The notes beneath the pieces are model-generated. The model saw only the letters and a program-made list of their open reading frames with translations, did not search any database and was not told the origin of the DNA. From NCBI GenBank assembly GCA_002633005.1, contig NMRA01000089.1, positions 986,372 through 1,050,371 on the forward strand: a DNA stretch of 64,000 nt. Direction: 5' to 3'. A program made the position numbers and the translations under genes. Positions 36,321-50,800 of the stretch are shown piece after piece (position 1 is the stretch's first letter; the number at the start of each line of letters is the position of its first letter). This stretch comes from Phoronis australis (lineage: Eukaryota > Animalia > Phoronida).

Positions 36321-38494
36321 AAAACAACAAGAATGGATCAACTGAAATTCTAGGATGTAATGACGTCCTTTGTCAACATAAACAGAAATAAAGTAAAATG
36401 AAACACTATGTGTAACAGCTGTTATGTTTTACGTCATTGTCATATTTTACGTTGCTAACCATCTCTTACATTTTATGTAATTGTTACAATTTCCGTCGAA
36501 TGCAGATGCGAGAAATGTACCATTGTTACTGTACATTCTATGAAAGTGACATGATATTTCAGGAGTTTGCATGGTATTTGTCATACGGATGAAACGGTTC
36601 ACACATCTGACAACTTCTTTGTCGGATTGTTTGATTGAAATTCTGTCAAATGTGCGAACAGGACATTATAGATGTGTCACTATGGGCTTTTTGTTGTTTT
36701 TTGACACGGATAGTTCCTTGGTAGTAAAAAAATGTACCCCGTACCAGGCACGGATAGAGGGGGGGGGGGCAGAACAGAATATTAGCCAGAATTTTGGCCG
36801 TCAGACGTTCGCACCCCTGAACCGCTAAACGGAGTCTGGGAGACTTATGGGCGGCCATGTCCCCTTGGCCCTGCTCCAGACGAACAGAAACAATGACATA
36901 GTATTTGGCTATTTATCGTATTTCTTCTGGAAGAGTCGGACATTACAATTTTGTTTACGGATCATTAAATTTCACATTTTTAGTCCACCATATTTTGATT
37001 TATTTCATCCATTGCTTTATTGCTTTGGAGTCATCTGCAGTAATTGCCCTGTTCCACACAAAAGGAACGAGACCAAAGATTATCTGATGGCTACCGGTTC
37101 ACAATCTTAGTTGCAAATGACAATTTCTTAAACACGTTTTGGTTGAAGGAAATAAAAGCACGCTTTTATTTGCGGGCAGGTTTACAGATTTTTACTAGTG
37201 CAACAGCAAAGTTCGCCTTTGAGACGGGCGAGCAAATATTATTATGTGACGGAATTGTAACTTGTTTTACACTTCTTAGGAGCCGAAAGAAATATCATTG
37301 TTTCTGTGATCTCAAACCTGTCTGAAATAGTGGGGGGAGCAACAGATCAAACCGTCACATGTACGCGTAAAAATGGGAGGCATAGCTTGGGAAATAGAAA
37401 AAAATATTTTATGCACTCTGGAAGGATATGATCATGACAATTTTGCTCAAACAGGGCTAAGACGATAGTTTAAAGGGGTAACAGTCTGAGGAATGCTGAC
37501 CGTCGGCCTTTCGGACTACAAAAACATGCACTTTCTCTTTCTGTTATCTTTTACGTTAAAATGTCAATTAAAATTGCTAATCTGTCAAAGTTCGGTAGTG
37601 CAAAACACATACATGTATCAATAGATATAGGACTTTCCACTGTTGATGGACGTGAAGACACCTGTCTCACGATGCGCCATTTTTTGTGTTGCAGCTTGCT
37701 GTCCAAAACACTCATGGTTGTAGGCAGATAAGAAAACTTTGTACATTAACCTTCCATCGCTTAAAATGCGCATATTAAGCATCGTTATCTTCGACATTGG
37801 CCGTTTTTGCTCCGTCCCGTTTTCAATGAAAAATGGTTGTCAATCAGTCAAATCGTTTTCTTCTGAGAAGAAACGGGCCCATTCCACATAGAAGTGTTAC
37901 GTTTTGTGTATTCTCGTTACCAGCTTTTCTAACGACCCAGTGACCCCGACTAGTAGCCAGTTCTGAACAAAAATCTGCCTCCAGTGTGCAAATTAACGCA
38001 TTTTTTGAACTTACACATCATCGTGAAACTGGCCCCAGTTCTATTTCAAATGGAGTGTTTTCTAAAAGAGACAAACATAATCACACGGTATTCTCACGTT
38101 TATATGTAAATCGCAAGCAAAGTATTATGGTCTGAATTCAGTTCTTCGAAGCAAACTACATGTACATAATGTGCGTGCCTATAGTTCAGATTTTTTTCAA
38201 ATTGGGGCTTATTTTAAACAAGATTTTGAATTTCAACCTCCTCGTTTCTAAAAATTAAGCTTACTCAGCGTCTGCAGCTTTCAAGACGTTTATCAAAGTG
38301 TCATCAAGGCTATACACAGGAATCTCCTTAAAATGCTTTTAAAATAGCACTCGCTGCCTATTATGGGAAGACATTGAAACATAAATGAGAAGATTTTAAA
38401 ATCTCTAGGAACCATGATGTATTAGCACTTTGCTAAACATTTACTGTTTACATTGTACTGTGTCCCTGTTAAATAAATTCAGAAAAATAAAAAA

Positions 38495-38640
38495 ATAATG
38501 GTCATGATGGTGATGATGATGAAGATGACAACGATAACGAGTGATTGTAGTGACGTAATAGTATTAATAGCAGGATTCGTAGTGATAGCAGTAATGCTAG
38601 TAATAGTAATGTGCATGTAGTAGTAATAAAACTGATGATG
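38495..38640. repeat. Degenerate trinucleotide microsatellite (GAT/TAG/TAA)n
   Basis: gatgatggtgatgatgatgaagatgac...agtaatagtaat. Confidence 0.7.
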
Positions 38641-39469
38641 GCTAGCCAAAATTCATGTCCCGAAGTGCATTCCTTATAATGACGTACACGGAAAGTGTCG
38701 CCAAAAGAGTGTCATTTTCACAGCACCAAAAATACTCTCACACATGATGCTATTTTCGACAAAAAACTATAAAACGGTGCCTTCATGAATATTTGGAACA
38801 GAACTGTGCGCAAAAGTAAAGATTTACACAAAATTACTACCTACATGTAAGTGGGCCCATTTTTTGAACGAGCCCACTCTCTAAATGATTTGGTATCTAC
38901 ATTTTTCGGGCGGCACCCATCGTTCAAAAATGCTCGATTACCCCCCGGCCTTGTCATATACCATTTGCTCGTGATTTTAGTCGCTTTGTTTGTAATATGA
39001 CGTTGGTTTCGCAAAATGTGGCAATGGTACATTTTACTCATGTCCATTTGACGTAAAATGTAACAATTACGTAAGTCGTAACAATTTGTTACATTTTCTG
39101 AAATCGTTACATTTTACGAAGTATCAGTGCGCTACCGATTTTTGTATTGTTTTTTGTGTTTAGAGAAAAATATTCAAATCCGGTTTAAGATTTTGGTTAT
39201 CACTTGCAGGCTTGGTAGCGTGGCAAGTATACCGATACGCAGTTATTCTATTCTTCTGTTTTATAGTGGAAACAACGCACGTCGACACGTCGATTAGCCT
39301 TGATCTTAATATTCATTTTCCAAGAAGTTTCAGCTGATATTTTTGCACTTGGAGTTATTTATTTTACAAATCAATTTGAAACCAGCTCCTGTTTTCATTT
39401 TGAAAATATCCGAAAGAGCGCCTCTGGCGAGATCCCCTTTCTGAAAATTGCGGATGGCTTATCGCTTAA

Positions 39470-39612
39470 ATTTGTCTTTCATTGTGTAATTCTGTTTTTT
39501 TCTTACTATCTGTTTGTTTTAACTGAGGCCCCCCATGGAAAGCAGTGTGAACTGAAGGGGCTACCCTCATTGTAAATATTAAATTAATAAATGAATAAAT
39601 AAATAAATAATA
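39470..39612 (+). mobile_element. LINE/SINE 3' end with (TAAA)n tail
   Basis: Stem-loop-like gaggcccccc...ggggctaccctc followed by aataaatgaataaataaataaataa. Confidence 0.45.
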
Positions 39613-41458
39613 GAGCGCGTGATTTCGAGCGCTAACAGCCGATTTTACAAAGATGGTTAACAACTACCCTCCAAAAACTTCTGGATACCCCTGTTACGTT
39701 TGATCTTTTGTTGTCGTAAGACTGAGCATTGAAAGTGTGTTCCGTTCTCGCTCTAAAGCTGCGTCATTAATGCATGCCGCGGCGACATTCAGTAGCACCT
39801 AGATCATGCAATTTTGACTTATTTGGGTCTGACGAAGTCGAAAGTTAAACCTGGTTTACGATCATGATACAGACGACAGCATGGCCTGATTGGGCAAATT
39901 TCGCGAATCTTACTCTAGTTTTGCCGTACAATTACATCTTTTTAATTCCTTTTCTAATTTCAGCGTGGGACCAAACTTGTTCAACCCACGTAATAAACGG
40001 AACAGGTGTAAATCAAACTTAATGATTTTAAGTAAACAATTAGTAATTTTGAGATCAAAATCATCACGACCCCTGAAGCGAATTTTGAGGAAAAATTGGG
40101 CTAGTTTTGGATATTTGCAATGGCAAACTTTTGGCGACTTGGAATTTTTACCAGGTTTCCAAACACAAACACAGACTGAAGTTGCATCGGCCACCTGCAG
40201 GTCGCCAAATCGAACGATGAGGGAGAAGAATGTAGTTCCAATTATACATGATCAGTATCTTCGAAAGAAGGATGATGTTTTTGTAACGCACACATAGTGT
40301 GAAAATAAAACTTTGCACACATCAGTGATGAATTTGGTAAAAATCGCGGCATTTTAAAATGCTTAGAAACTGTCATTGAGAAGTTAGCGGTTTGGTCAGG
40401 CAACTGCAGTCACTCTCACCTTCAACTAGACAACATGTCGTTAAATACGTTTCCCCGTGAACACATAAGCATTCTGTTGTCGGATATAAAGCAGGCTTCA
40501 AGCATCAAGACATTCACGAAAGTTTAAGAATTGTTGTATATGCGGGTAGCAGTGTCGCCACTTTTCGGAGCATACGCCTGCCCCAGAGTCTTAACCACTG
40601 TCTCCGGTTAAATTTCAACATTCAACTATGTTTTGGCTTTTGAGTGCTCTAATAGTCACCCCTTGATCTTGAAATAATGTTTTCTGCCCGAGAATAAGTT
40701 TAGCTTATTAAACGACTCGTCATCTTCCGTATACAACATTCCCGCAGTGAACTCCAACATGTTACCCATGCTGCTTTGCATGACCAATGCCGCCATCATA
40801 GCGAATGATTTAAGAACTGTTATCGAAAATGTATCATTAGGAAATTTTACAGATGAGTTCCGATCGAGATAATTTCGACTGATGCAGACATTCGAACGGG
40901 TTCAACTACTGTGGCGCCCCTGATTCTACGAAGTTCCTTAAGTGATTTTGTGCTCCGATTGAGAATACGATGAACCTTCAATTTAGCAGGTGTCCGTTTA
41001 CTATGGTGCTTGCACATCCATAAGGAATTATAGAAACGTGTTCCTATTGAAGTATTCACCAGTTTGCAAAAGTGTTAACGCTATGCTTAGTTACAGATTT
41101 TGCAAACCTCCATACATTTACTTATAGTGTCGTGAATTTATTCTTCTCTTTCCACGATTTAAAATACCCATGTCATCAATAGAATCGCGGGAAGCAGCGG
41201 CCGTTTCTATTCGTCTCCGTTGCAGAGTTGCGGACATTAGCACGTTTTCAATGTAGCGAAGCTCATCGAAGTCAGTGTGGTGGCCTGAGTAGCAAATTGC
41301 CATTGAGTTTCCAGGTGTTGTTACATCAGAACTATTTTCTTATGTCTATTTTGTGGCAGCATCACAGTAACTTTTCACCACTTGAATCTGTAGCTATTGT
41401 ATAGCGCATCAGCATTATCTTATACAGTAGAAATGGTGATCGTAAAACCGATTTCTTG

Positions 41459-41491
41459 GAACAACTTTGAATGGAATTGGCAGAGCTGGCG
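41459..41491 (+). pseudogene. Degenerate stalk microexon B1 (TTLNGIGRAG) with acceptor AG changed to TG
   Basis: 33 nt, phase 1-1, with an intact gtatgt donor. Flanks are homologous to B2 and B3, but the sequence upstream is atttcttg with no AG. Confidence 0.55.
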
Positions 41492-41816
41492 GTATGTTCA
41501 TATTTCTCTAATTTACTATTACATATACATTGAGACTCTGTTCATAGAATGGCATAGAGCTAAACATTAAGTAAAAACTTGTCAACGTTCACGGCAGCAG
41601 TAACAGCGACACTCTTATTAAAGCATTTCAAGTAGTTGCTAAAATACATCCGAACACCCGATAAAGATCTTGCAACGGACCCCCAAGAGAAAATAAATGT
41701 CAAGTGTTTAAACGCAAGTCACAACGAACCCACTATGGAGGGATTTAGTCAGTAGCTTTTCAGTACCTTTTGTTCTCGAAGATTCATTAGCTATTTTCAT
41801 GGACGTGTTTTTGCAG

Positions 41817-41867
41817 CCAAACCATCATCAAATCAGTCCGTGAATAAAGTACCTCCTGTAGATACGA
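41817..41867 (+). CDS. Stalk microexon A2 KPSSNQSVNKVPPVDT
   Basis: tttttgcag acceptor, gtaagc donor, 51 nt, phase 1-1; paralogous to A1 and A3. Confidence 0.8.
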
Positions 41868-43117
41868 GTAAGCTTAAAATGAAATTTGAATGCATCATAC
41901 TACACTCCTACTCTGAGTCAGGGCTCAATTGAAATACTTCAATTATCATCACAGGGCATTCAGTTGTTTTGTAAAATTCTAGAGAATGTGTTTAGTTGAA
42001 GGCGGAAGCTAGTCAAGGCGAGTAGGTTATTCTCAGTGTTGACACATTTTTATATTTTTTGTGTCGTTTTTTTCCACCCCTACTTATTTCAGTCGAACGG
42101 GTTAAACTATTGTGGCGCCCCTGATGGCATTTATTCTTTTGCTTCGGATTCTACAAAGTTCGGTTTGGGGAAAACCAGTCCCTTTGCTAAGTTGCTTGTT
42201 CCTGAGCCAATTGTGCAGACATGCTCCTCTTGACATATTAAAGCATTTGCAAAAACTCTCAAACTTATCGTGCTTAGTCACTCAGGTATTGTCCAATCCA
42301 TTTATTTCCTTGAACGAATACTGTGTTACTTTCCACGATTCTCATTGCCCGTATCCGCATGTAGAATTTCAGGCATCAGTGCCATTTCCATTTGGCAGCT
42401 TCGTCTTCTGTTGTACGTTATCAAAATAGTTAAGCGTAATGAACGTCGCTGAGGTATACTGAGTAGCATTTATCATTGTGTGTCTCAGATTTGGTCAGAT
42501 CCTCAATTGTTTGAGAGTTCTCGAGCTTTGAAGTTAATGCAATGGCATAGTTTCAGAGTCTACACGATGGCGCTGTATCCAAGTCGTACATGTGGTCCGC
42601 CCAGATTGTAGTAATGGACAGAGAGTAGGTTTTTGGGTTCTGCCTGCTTTAAGAGCAGATGAATACACACGTTTTGTGTGTATTTAGAACCCAGTGTTTT
42701 GAATTGTTCTGAAAACCCCTCGAACCCCACACCCCTCGACCAACTAACCCCTTGTACTGTTTAGAATTGCTCTACCTTTATTACCGCCTTAGGTGTGTTT
42801 TGACTTGATGTGGTCCGCCCAGATTGTACTAATGGACAGAGAATAGATTTTCGGGTTCTGCCTGCTTTAAGTGCCGATGACTACACACATGTTTTGTTGC
42901 CAATTAATGATTTTGCTAATTGAATGTATTTGAACAAATCGTTAACTTGATTGATTTAGATGAAGGTATATGTTATTGTTGTCAAGTATTATCTGATATT
43001 ACTCTTTTGTCACCCACATAATGACCATTCATCTCTTGGCTGTGCAGCCTGTCTTGTGCATCAACATTCTCTTATAGATACATAGACTTATAAATGTATG
43101 CACTGTCTTCTTTACAG

Positions 43118-43153
43118 AAACCACTAGTTTAAGTGGAAATACAAAAGATGGAG
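43118..43153 (+). CDS. Stalk microexon B2 TTSLSGNTKDG
   Basis: tctttacag acceptor, gtatgt donor, 36 nt, phase 1-1. Confidence 0.75.
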
Positions 43154-43994
43154 GTATGTCGATATTTTTTTAATTTAAAATTAACTTTTCATTCATGTGA
43201 TACAGCTTAACACTAAGTAGACGCCAGGTCGTTTTTGTCACAAGTAATGACAGCATCATTTTTTATCCACACAATTCGAACAGTTCTTGTAAGCTGATTT
43301 TTTCTGATATTTGATCATATTGACGGGTGACAATAGACATCAGTTGTGCCGCTTTACCTTAGGTCTGTTCAAATACTGCCATTACACTGTCGTCCGACCA
43401 ATATACGTAGATTTACTTTTAGACTTGTGAATTCATTACCCATGATTCTTTCAACGAATTACACTACCTGTGTCGTCAAGTAGAATTGCATGAACTAATA
43501 GCCGTTTCCATTCACCTGGATCGCCGGTATGTCGTCGTATGCACGCGAATTCAATTTCTTATTTACAGGAACTATGACTTAAAATTTGGTTGCTTTAACG
43601 ATAAACCGTAACATGGTCATTTCCTCACCAAAGCTATTCGTGAAAATGATGTAGACTGCGTGTGTTTTGTATCGAACACATTTTTTCCTGATTACTTGAT
43701 GCCTGTTGAAATAATGTCATTACACTGCCTATATATGGCGATGTTGACGACATATACTGTTGCATTGGTGTAAATTGTGTTGTTCAGAAGAATCTGGTGA
43801 GATTCAAATTAGGACCACTGTGGTATTGATCCGTCTTATGCGGCTGCGTGCACCCGATTAAGTTCATGCATCGGACCCTTGAGCGAAAATGTTTTTTCAT
43901 GTGCAATGTAGGTATATTACACTATACGTTCTACAAAGTTCCTTGTCTTGACATTTCATTGGCTATTTGCATGGGTGTTTAACTGTTTTTACAG

Positions 43995-44042
43995 TCAAGC
44001 CTGCCACTGGGTCTATGAATACAGCACCTCCTCCGGATACGG
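43995..44042 (+). CDS. Stalk microexon A3 KPATGSMNTAPPPDT
   Basis: tttttacag acceptor, gtaagc donor, 48 nt, phase 1-1; paralogous to A1 and A2. Confidence 0.8.
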
Positions 44043-47000
44043 GTAAGCTTGATTTGAAGATAGAGTGTATCACATACCTCCGATACAGCTCTCAAATGAA
44101 ATACTTGAACTAAGATCAGAGAGCATTCAATGGTTCTAAAAAAATCTGAAGGTTGTGTTGAGCTGAAGGTGGGAGCTGGTCAGGACGAGTGGAGTATACT
44201 CACGCTCTTACTCAATAGTAGGAAACACTGTCGAAGAATCATTAATTGCTCTCAATGATCATGTATCAGAACAATATTTTTATAAGCAAGACAGTTTTTG
44301 TTTGTTGGTAAGGTTTAGTTTGCTTTCCAGACACATGTCGACATCTGTAAATGCTTCATTTAACAGATTGTTTCTAATACTTAACTACTTTACATCTACG
44401 TCAGTACTCAATGAAATTGAATATGACATCGTTAGTATTATTTCAAAATTTACACGCGAACCCCGCAACATTTCAGTGTTGGATATGGCAATCAAATTGC
44501 AATGCTCACGCTTTTAACACCGACCCCTTTAATTATATACTGGACCATTTAAACGGATCGCCATGACATGTGCGCATACTATGACGTGAGAGAAAGTAGC
44601 TCTGCTCATTTCATTTAAGAGCACCTTAATATATGTCAACTTCCTCAGTAAATCTCCATGACATATGCCATACAACCAGAGAATGTCACTTGCCGTATAA
44701 CAATTCTAATGTGTGTTCTAGTAGGAGTTACATATCGGTATCATAAAACACACCTGTAACTGTATGAATAACCGTCTTCTCCGTCCGTCCGGCTAACCAG
44801 TGTGAGGTTACTCCTAATGAATCATACTATCATTATCTGTGACACCCCTGCGGGGATGTGCGCCACGTTTTTGTGGACATGTAATTTTCATAGATTTCAT
44901 TGTACCAGCCAATATAGGGTCATCTTTGTCACCCCTAGCGTTAACTTTTACGTTAACCCCTTTAACGAGTTCCTTGGGGGATATTTATTAAACGTGTCAA
45001 TCATGGTTTTATTATAGAAGCTACGCCTATTCTAAAATTTTGGGTCTGTTTTTTATCTATCACCGTCACTCACCGTCGGACAGGTTAAAGTCCTGGTCTA
45101 ACCCTTATTACATGGTTAAAAGATGTTATAAGGATCCAAAAAGTACTTTCCCTACAACTAATACACGATCCGTACTCGAAAAACGTTTAAATGAACGCGC
45201 CACTCGCGATTCGCACCCGAAGAACCACCGTCATTTTGAACTTTCCGGGAACACGGAAGTACAATTCATTCAGGAAACCAGGCTAAAAAACCGCCGCCAG
45301 TGTGAATGGACAAGTGCCTGTTACCAGCCTTCAAATGCGGATAAAATAATCGACAGCGCGCCTTAATTTTAATAAAATAAGAACAATTTTATCGAATTTG
45401 CTGAAGAAATGTGGCGAACAAATTTTGACAGAAATTATTTTACCGGACTCGGGATCGCAGCCTGTCGGTGGGGATCGACACCAGACACTGGCGAACGGTA
45501 AAGGCATGCTGTTGCAAGCTGTTTCTTCAAAGTAAATTGTTCAAATCACAATGCCGTATACATTCAAAAGTAGTTTCAGACACTTGCAAAAAACTACGGC
45601 CTGGTTAGTCCTGTGTCACACTCTCGCGGCAGCCCTTAGCTAGCCTCAGTGCCAGCAACCAGCATGAATGCTATAACTAGAGGTTTATTTAGAACTTGTG
45701 TACTTCTGGCGAACTGCGCAAAGTTTCAACAGAGATTATACCAGACTTTGTACGAGCGCACTAAGCCTACAAAAATGGGGGTTGGAAGTTTTGGAAATGT
45801 CTATCTTACTATAAGATGCAGAGTTATACATTGCGGACGCACATTTTGATACTTCCTGTGTTCTAGTGGAATATTGTCTCGTTTTCTACTTTTTTCGGAG
45901 TTCTAGCTTCGCTGACTGAGGCAGACCTTCTTCTATTTCTCCAAATACGGTGCTCGTTCCAGCACATAATTATGACAAGTCCTATACAAAATGTTATCAT
46001 TTTTATTCATTATGCCAAAATGTTTCAACCTTTAAGCAAAATAAGTAAATTAAAATGCACGACACTTTACAACTACTAAGCATTACAAACATTATGCAAC
46101 AGCAAAACTTTCAAAATGTTATTATTTTATTCATTAACCCAAAATGATTCAAACATTTAACATAATACGTAACTTAAAATGCAAAATACTTGACAACATT
46201 TAATACTACTAACACTACTCAACAGCAAGTTTCTATGATATGAAAGTGGACATACCAGTTACAATTATCATGGTGACCGAAAAGTGTTCCCTTACAGCAG
46301 AATTTGAGAAGCACGATTAAAAATTATGAAGTTGTCAGGAACAAGAATTGGAGGCTTCAAGCTTCACAATCCAACATAGCTTATTTTTCAAGTTAAGATT
46401 ATTCATATTGTTGACTTGAATAAAGAAGCAATAAGTTGCACAACATGACTTGAAAGCAATTGCGACTTTAATGTTGAGAAAATATGAATCATTTTGTGAC
46501 ACTCAATCAAGCTTTCAACGGCAGTTGACAGTCAAACAAAATAACATTTCAAAAATATTTCAAATACTTTTTAGCTTAGTGTAAGATCACCCGAACGGGA
46601 CATTCACAGTAAAATAATTCGAATATATCTTATATTTTGCACCACAAAACACGAAAATTGAACAACCTTTGTCAAAATGTATCAACNGACAACATTTAAT
46701 ACTACTAACACTACTCAACAGCAAGTTTCTATGATATGAAAGTGGACATACCAGTTACAATTATCATGGTGACCGAAAAGTGTTTCCTTACAGCAGAATT
46801 TGAGAAGCACGATTAAAAATTATGAAGTTGTCAGGAACAAGAATTGGAGGCTTCAAGCTTCACAATCCAACATAGCTTATTTTTCAAGTTAAGATTATTC
46901 ATATTGTTGACTTGAATAAAGAAGCAATAAGTTGCAAAACATGACTTGAAAGCAATTGCGACTTTAATGTTGAGAAAATATGAATCATTTTGTGACACTC

Positions 47001-47969
47001 AATCAAGCTTTCAACGGCAGTTGACAGTCAAACAAAATAACATTTCAAAATTATTTCAACTACTTTTTAGCTTAGTGTAAGATCACCCGAACGGGACATT
47101 CACAGTAAAATAATTCGAATATATCTTATATTTTTGCACCACAAAACACGAAAATTGAACAACCTTTGTCAAAATGTATCAACGTTAAATCTTCAAAAAT
47201 TACAAAGTAACAGGTTAAACATGCCTTCCAGTTCGACAAAAGTCGCCATGTTGTCGATACCGTCTGAAATGAGATGAAGTATAACGGAAATTGTGTGCAC
47301 ATTTATTACTTAATGAGTAACAACAGCGAGGCTGAAAATTGGTGAACACTGATGAATCGTGCAGAATAGTAAGTAAAGATATGTCTCATTGCAAACAATT
47401 TGCATAAAGATTTAAACTCGTCACCTATCCCGCAGTCCTTTAATATGGCCGACGCGATCCAAACAAAGTGACCCAAATTTCGCCAAAAAAGTGCAATAAC
47501 TTTACACTGTGTGCCCCCGATTTTGATACTTTTTCTATTGTTAATGAGTAAAATGAACTACATGTACCTTTGCAATGATAGCAAAGTAGTTTTTCAAAAC
47601 GAGAAAAAGAATCAAAAGGAAAAAAAATGTTTCGACTCATTTTGGTTCCTACGTTCGACCGCTCTACGTTAGGAACTAAACACCAATGCTATTTTAACAT
47701 AATACATGTATGTACGCGTAACATTCAAAAAAATTCAACTACCACTAACTACAAACTATAAATTCCCCTACACATATGCAATCGAATCACAAGATAATAC
47801 TAATGAAACAAAATAATGAAGACTTTTAGAGCAAGCGGTAGCATATTCAGTTACAAGGAAAAAATCGCGGCGTTCAGGACAAGTTCCTGAACTGATGAGC
47901 CGGAAAAGTGGTACAGAAATACCCAATGACAACCGGTAATTATACGCTCACAGAGAAAGGTCAAATACC

Positions 47970-48930
47970 TTTTTATGTATTTATTATCATTTACAAAAAA
48001 ATTACAAAAACAATCAAATAAGTACACCATTCATTCACACATGCACACCTCAGGAAGACCATTCTCATATCTCGTTTAAAGTAAATATCTTCTACATGAA
48101 GTTAACATGAACAATAAATTTTTCCCATTTTGCAGAGAAGCTGTCATGTACAAAGTTTTTAAGTGCATTTAATTTTTCAGCATTATAGTTTTCATAAGTT
48201 TTTGTAACGAACTTGAGAAAATTAGGTACATTTTGTGACATCTCTCTTTGTAAATGTACTGTTCAGCTAGTAGAACCAACATGTTAAATAGAAAATCATA
48301 CGTCTTTTGAAGTCCAAGAATAACAATATCGTAAGACAGACAGTTGGGAAGCTGAATGCCACACTTTTGAAGTAGCTTTCCGATTTCCTTCCAGAAATCT
48401 TGTACAAAGCTACATTCCCAAAAAGGTGTGACAGCGTCTCTGGAGCTTTATTACAAAAGGAACATAGATCAGAATCCCTAACACATACTTTGACTAAAAA
48501 GGTATTTGTTGCAATAATGCTATGTAGTATTCTCAATTGGAATCATCTAATATGGGGATCCATTGTAATTTTGTAAAGTAAAGCATATATTTTCGTCCAA
48601 TCAAAACTGTCTCCTATCTCTATTTCCCATTTAGACTCTGACTTAGGTTTCTTAACGTTATTAAAGAATGAACAAATTAGTCTACAACCTTCAAATCTTT
48701 CCGTAAGTGAGTAATTGCTAAAATCATGCAAGGAGAGTAGACATTAACACTTTTAAATTTACTTTGAAATAGACTTTTTGAAACATACTTAGAACAGAAA
48801 CAACACCATTATATTCTACAAAGTTGGTTTTCACGTCGAACCTATTTTTCATATTGTTTAGACTAACAAAATCACCATCAGAGGTGTACATATCTCTAAT
48901 AAATCTTAAGCCTTTTACAAACCAAGGCTT
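47970..48930 (-). mobile_element. 3' part of the same Tx1/L1 LINE (zinc-finger C-terminus)
   Basis: PWFVKGLRFIRDM...TNFVEY continues the QPLWFNSNL...VFI segment at 56800. RILHSIIATNTFL...LCSFCNKAPETLSHLF (zf-RVT-like). Confidence 0.88.
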
Positions 48931-50319
48931 CCCTTACAAAAATGAACTTAAGTTTTCATCGAAAAACTTAAGTTTTTCAAAACTTAAGTTTTCTGAAAAC
49001 TTAAGTTTTAAAAAGTTAAGTTCGTTCCAAAAACGTGTTCCAAAATACATACGTTTTTGGAAAACGTAAGTTTCAGAAACTTAACTTAAATTTTTGAAAA
49101 ACTTAAATTTTGGAACAAGTTTTTAGTAACAAATATAAGTCATCAAAACTTAAGTTTTTGAAAAGTGAAGTTTTCTAAAAGCAATAAGTTTCAATAGGAC
49201 AGGCATTCAAAAACTTCGAGTTTCACTAAAACAAGAGTGGTGTACAGTGACAAATTTAATGATTTGCATCAAGATTTAACAAACTAGAGTTCTATTAATA
49301 TTTCATTAACAATGATTAATTGCAGAAAATAAAATGCACTTCCTATCAAAATCTTAAAAACCAGAAACATTTCAAAAATCAGTTCATCAAGTGTCATGCA
49401 TAAAATGCGGTGTAAATTAGATGAGGCTAATATCATATTCATATTTGCATCGTTCTCAGTCTATGACAATTATGCGATAACTGAGGGAACAAAATGGAAT
49501 GTACAAACAGAGAAATCACTACAAAATCATGAAACACACCCAAAGAAAATCTAATTACATAGTCAGGAAGGACTACAACAAAAGTCTACGTTTCAACAGC
49601 AGACTTTTTCAACTAAAATTACAGCAATGACACCTAGAATAGGAAATTACTTAATGTGCAAAATCCAAAAATATCCGTATAGACAAAAGCATAACATAAA
49701 ACGTAACAGGTAAGTAACAGTTTATCGACAATGGCCACAGATCCGATTTTGGGAAGTACAATCGTTATGCTAGAAATAGTGTCCAGAATCACCTATCGTT
49801 GTTTTCAACCTTAAAAATATCAATTTAACAGTCAAACTTTCATTTTGTTGACAATCATAATAACAGTAAATCCAATACACTCCATAGTGCGAACAAGTTT
49901 CACTAAAAGTAACCCTAAGTACAACCTGGTTATACGAGACAGAAATTAGAAAACTTAGACCTTTGACCTCAAAAATATTCTTTTCCCTTCGATTTAAAGC
50001 TACTGAACTTCATATACAAATCTATAGGGCCTTTCATACTAACATCGAAGCATCGAAGTTTTTGAAAGTTAATGTCAGTATGAAAGCTTAAACTTTGGTC
50101 CTGAAAGGAAGTTTTTTTCAGATTAAGTATTTTTATTTTCTTTAGCATGGGTATTTACAATTTACACGACAAAATAAACAATACAGTATTCAAGTACATT
50201 AGTTGCAACAAATTATCGTCAAGTATCACAATTTGGTATACAGAACAGAAATACAGATATGTAAGAAAAAAATCAAGCCATTCTCACCCTTAACATACAC
50301 GCCACACGCACCCGCCCCC

Positions 50320-50800
50320 NNNNNNNNNNNNNNNNNNNNNNNNNNNNNNNNNNNNNNNNNNNNNNNNNNNNNNNNNNNNNNNNNNNNNNNNNNNNNNNNN
50401 NNNNNNNNNNNNNNNNNNNNNNNNNNNNNNNNNNNNNNNNNNNNNNNNNNNNNNNNNNNNNNNNNNNNNNNNNNNNNNNNNNNNNNNNNNNNNNNNNNNN
50501 NNNNNNNNNNNNNNNNNNNNNNNNNNNNNNNNNNNNNNNNNNNNNNNNNNNNNNNNNNNNNNNNNNNNNNNNNNNNNNNNNNNNNNNNNNNNNNNNNNNN
50601 NNNNNNNNNNNNNNNNNNNNNNNNNNNNNNNNNNNNNNNNNNNNNNNNNNNNNNNNNNNNNNNNNNNNNNNNNNNNNNNNNNNNNNNNNNNNNNNNNNNN
50701 NNNNNNNNNNNNNNNNNNNNNNNNNNNNNNNNNNNNNNNNNNNNNNNNNNNNNNNNNNNNNNNNNNNNNNNNNNNNNNNNNNNNNNNNNNNNNNNNNNNN
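50320..50800. other. Assembly gap
   Basis: Run of N. Confidence 1.

Noticed and set aside
39890-41300. Possible LINE ORF1 or zinc-finger remnants on the minus strand
   Set aside because: Cys/His spacing is not convincing and the sequence is too decayed to call.
46192-47183. Near-perfect ~496-bp tandem duplication
   Set aside because: The two units are separated by a single N (46687), typical of an unmerged contig or haplotype overlap.
48931-49230. CRISPR-like array from AAAACTTAAGTTTT or GCCGACC repeats
   Set aside because: Eukaryotic context, irregular short spacing, no unique spacers and no cas genes; these are transposon subterminal repeats.
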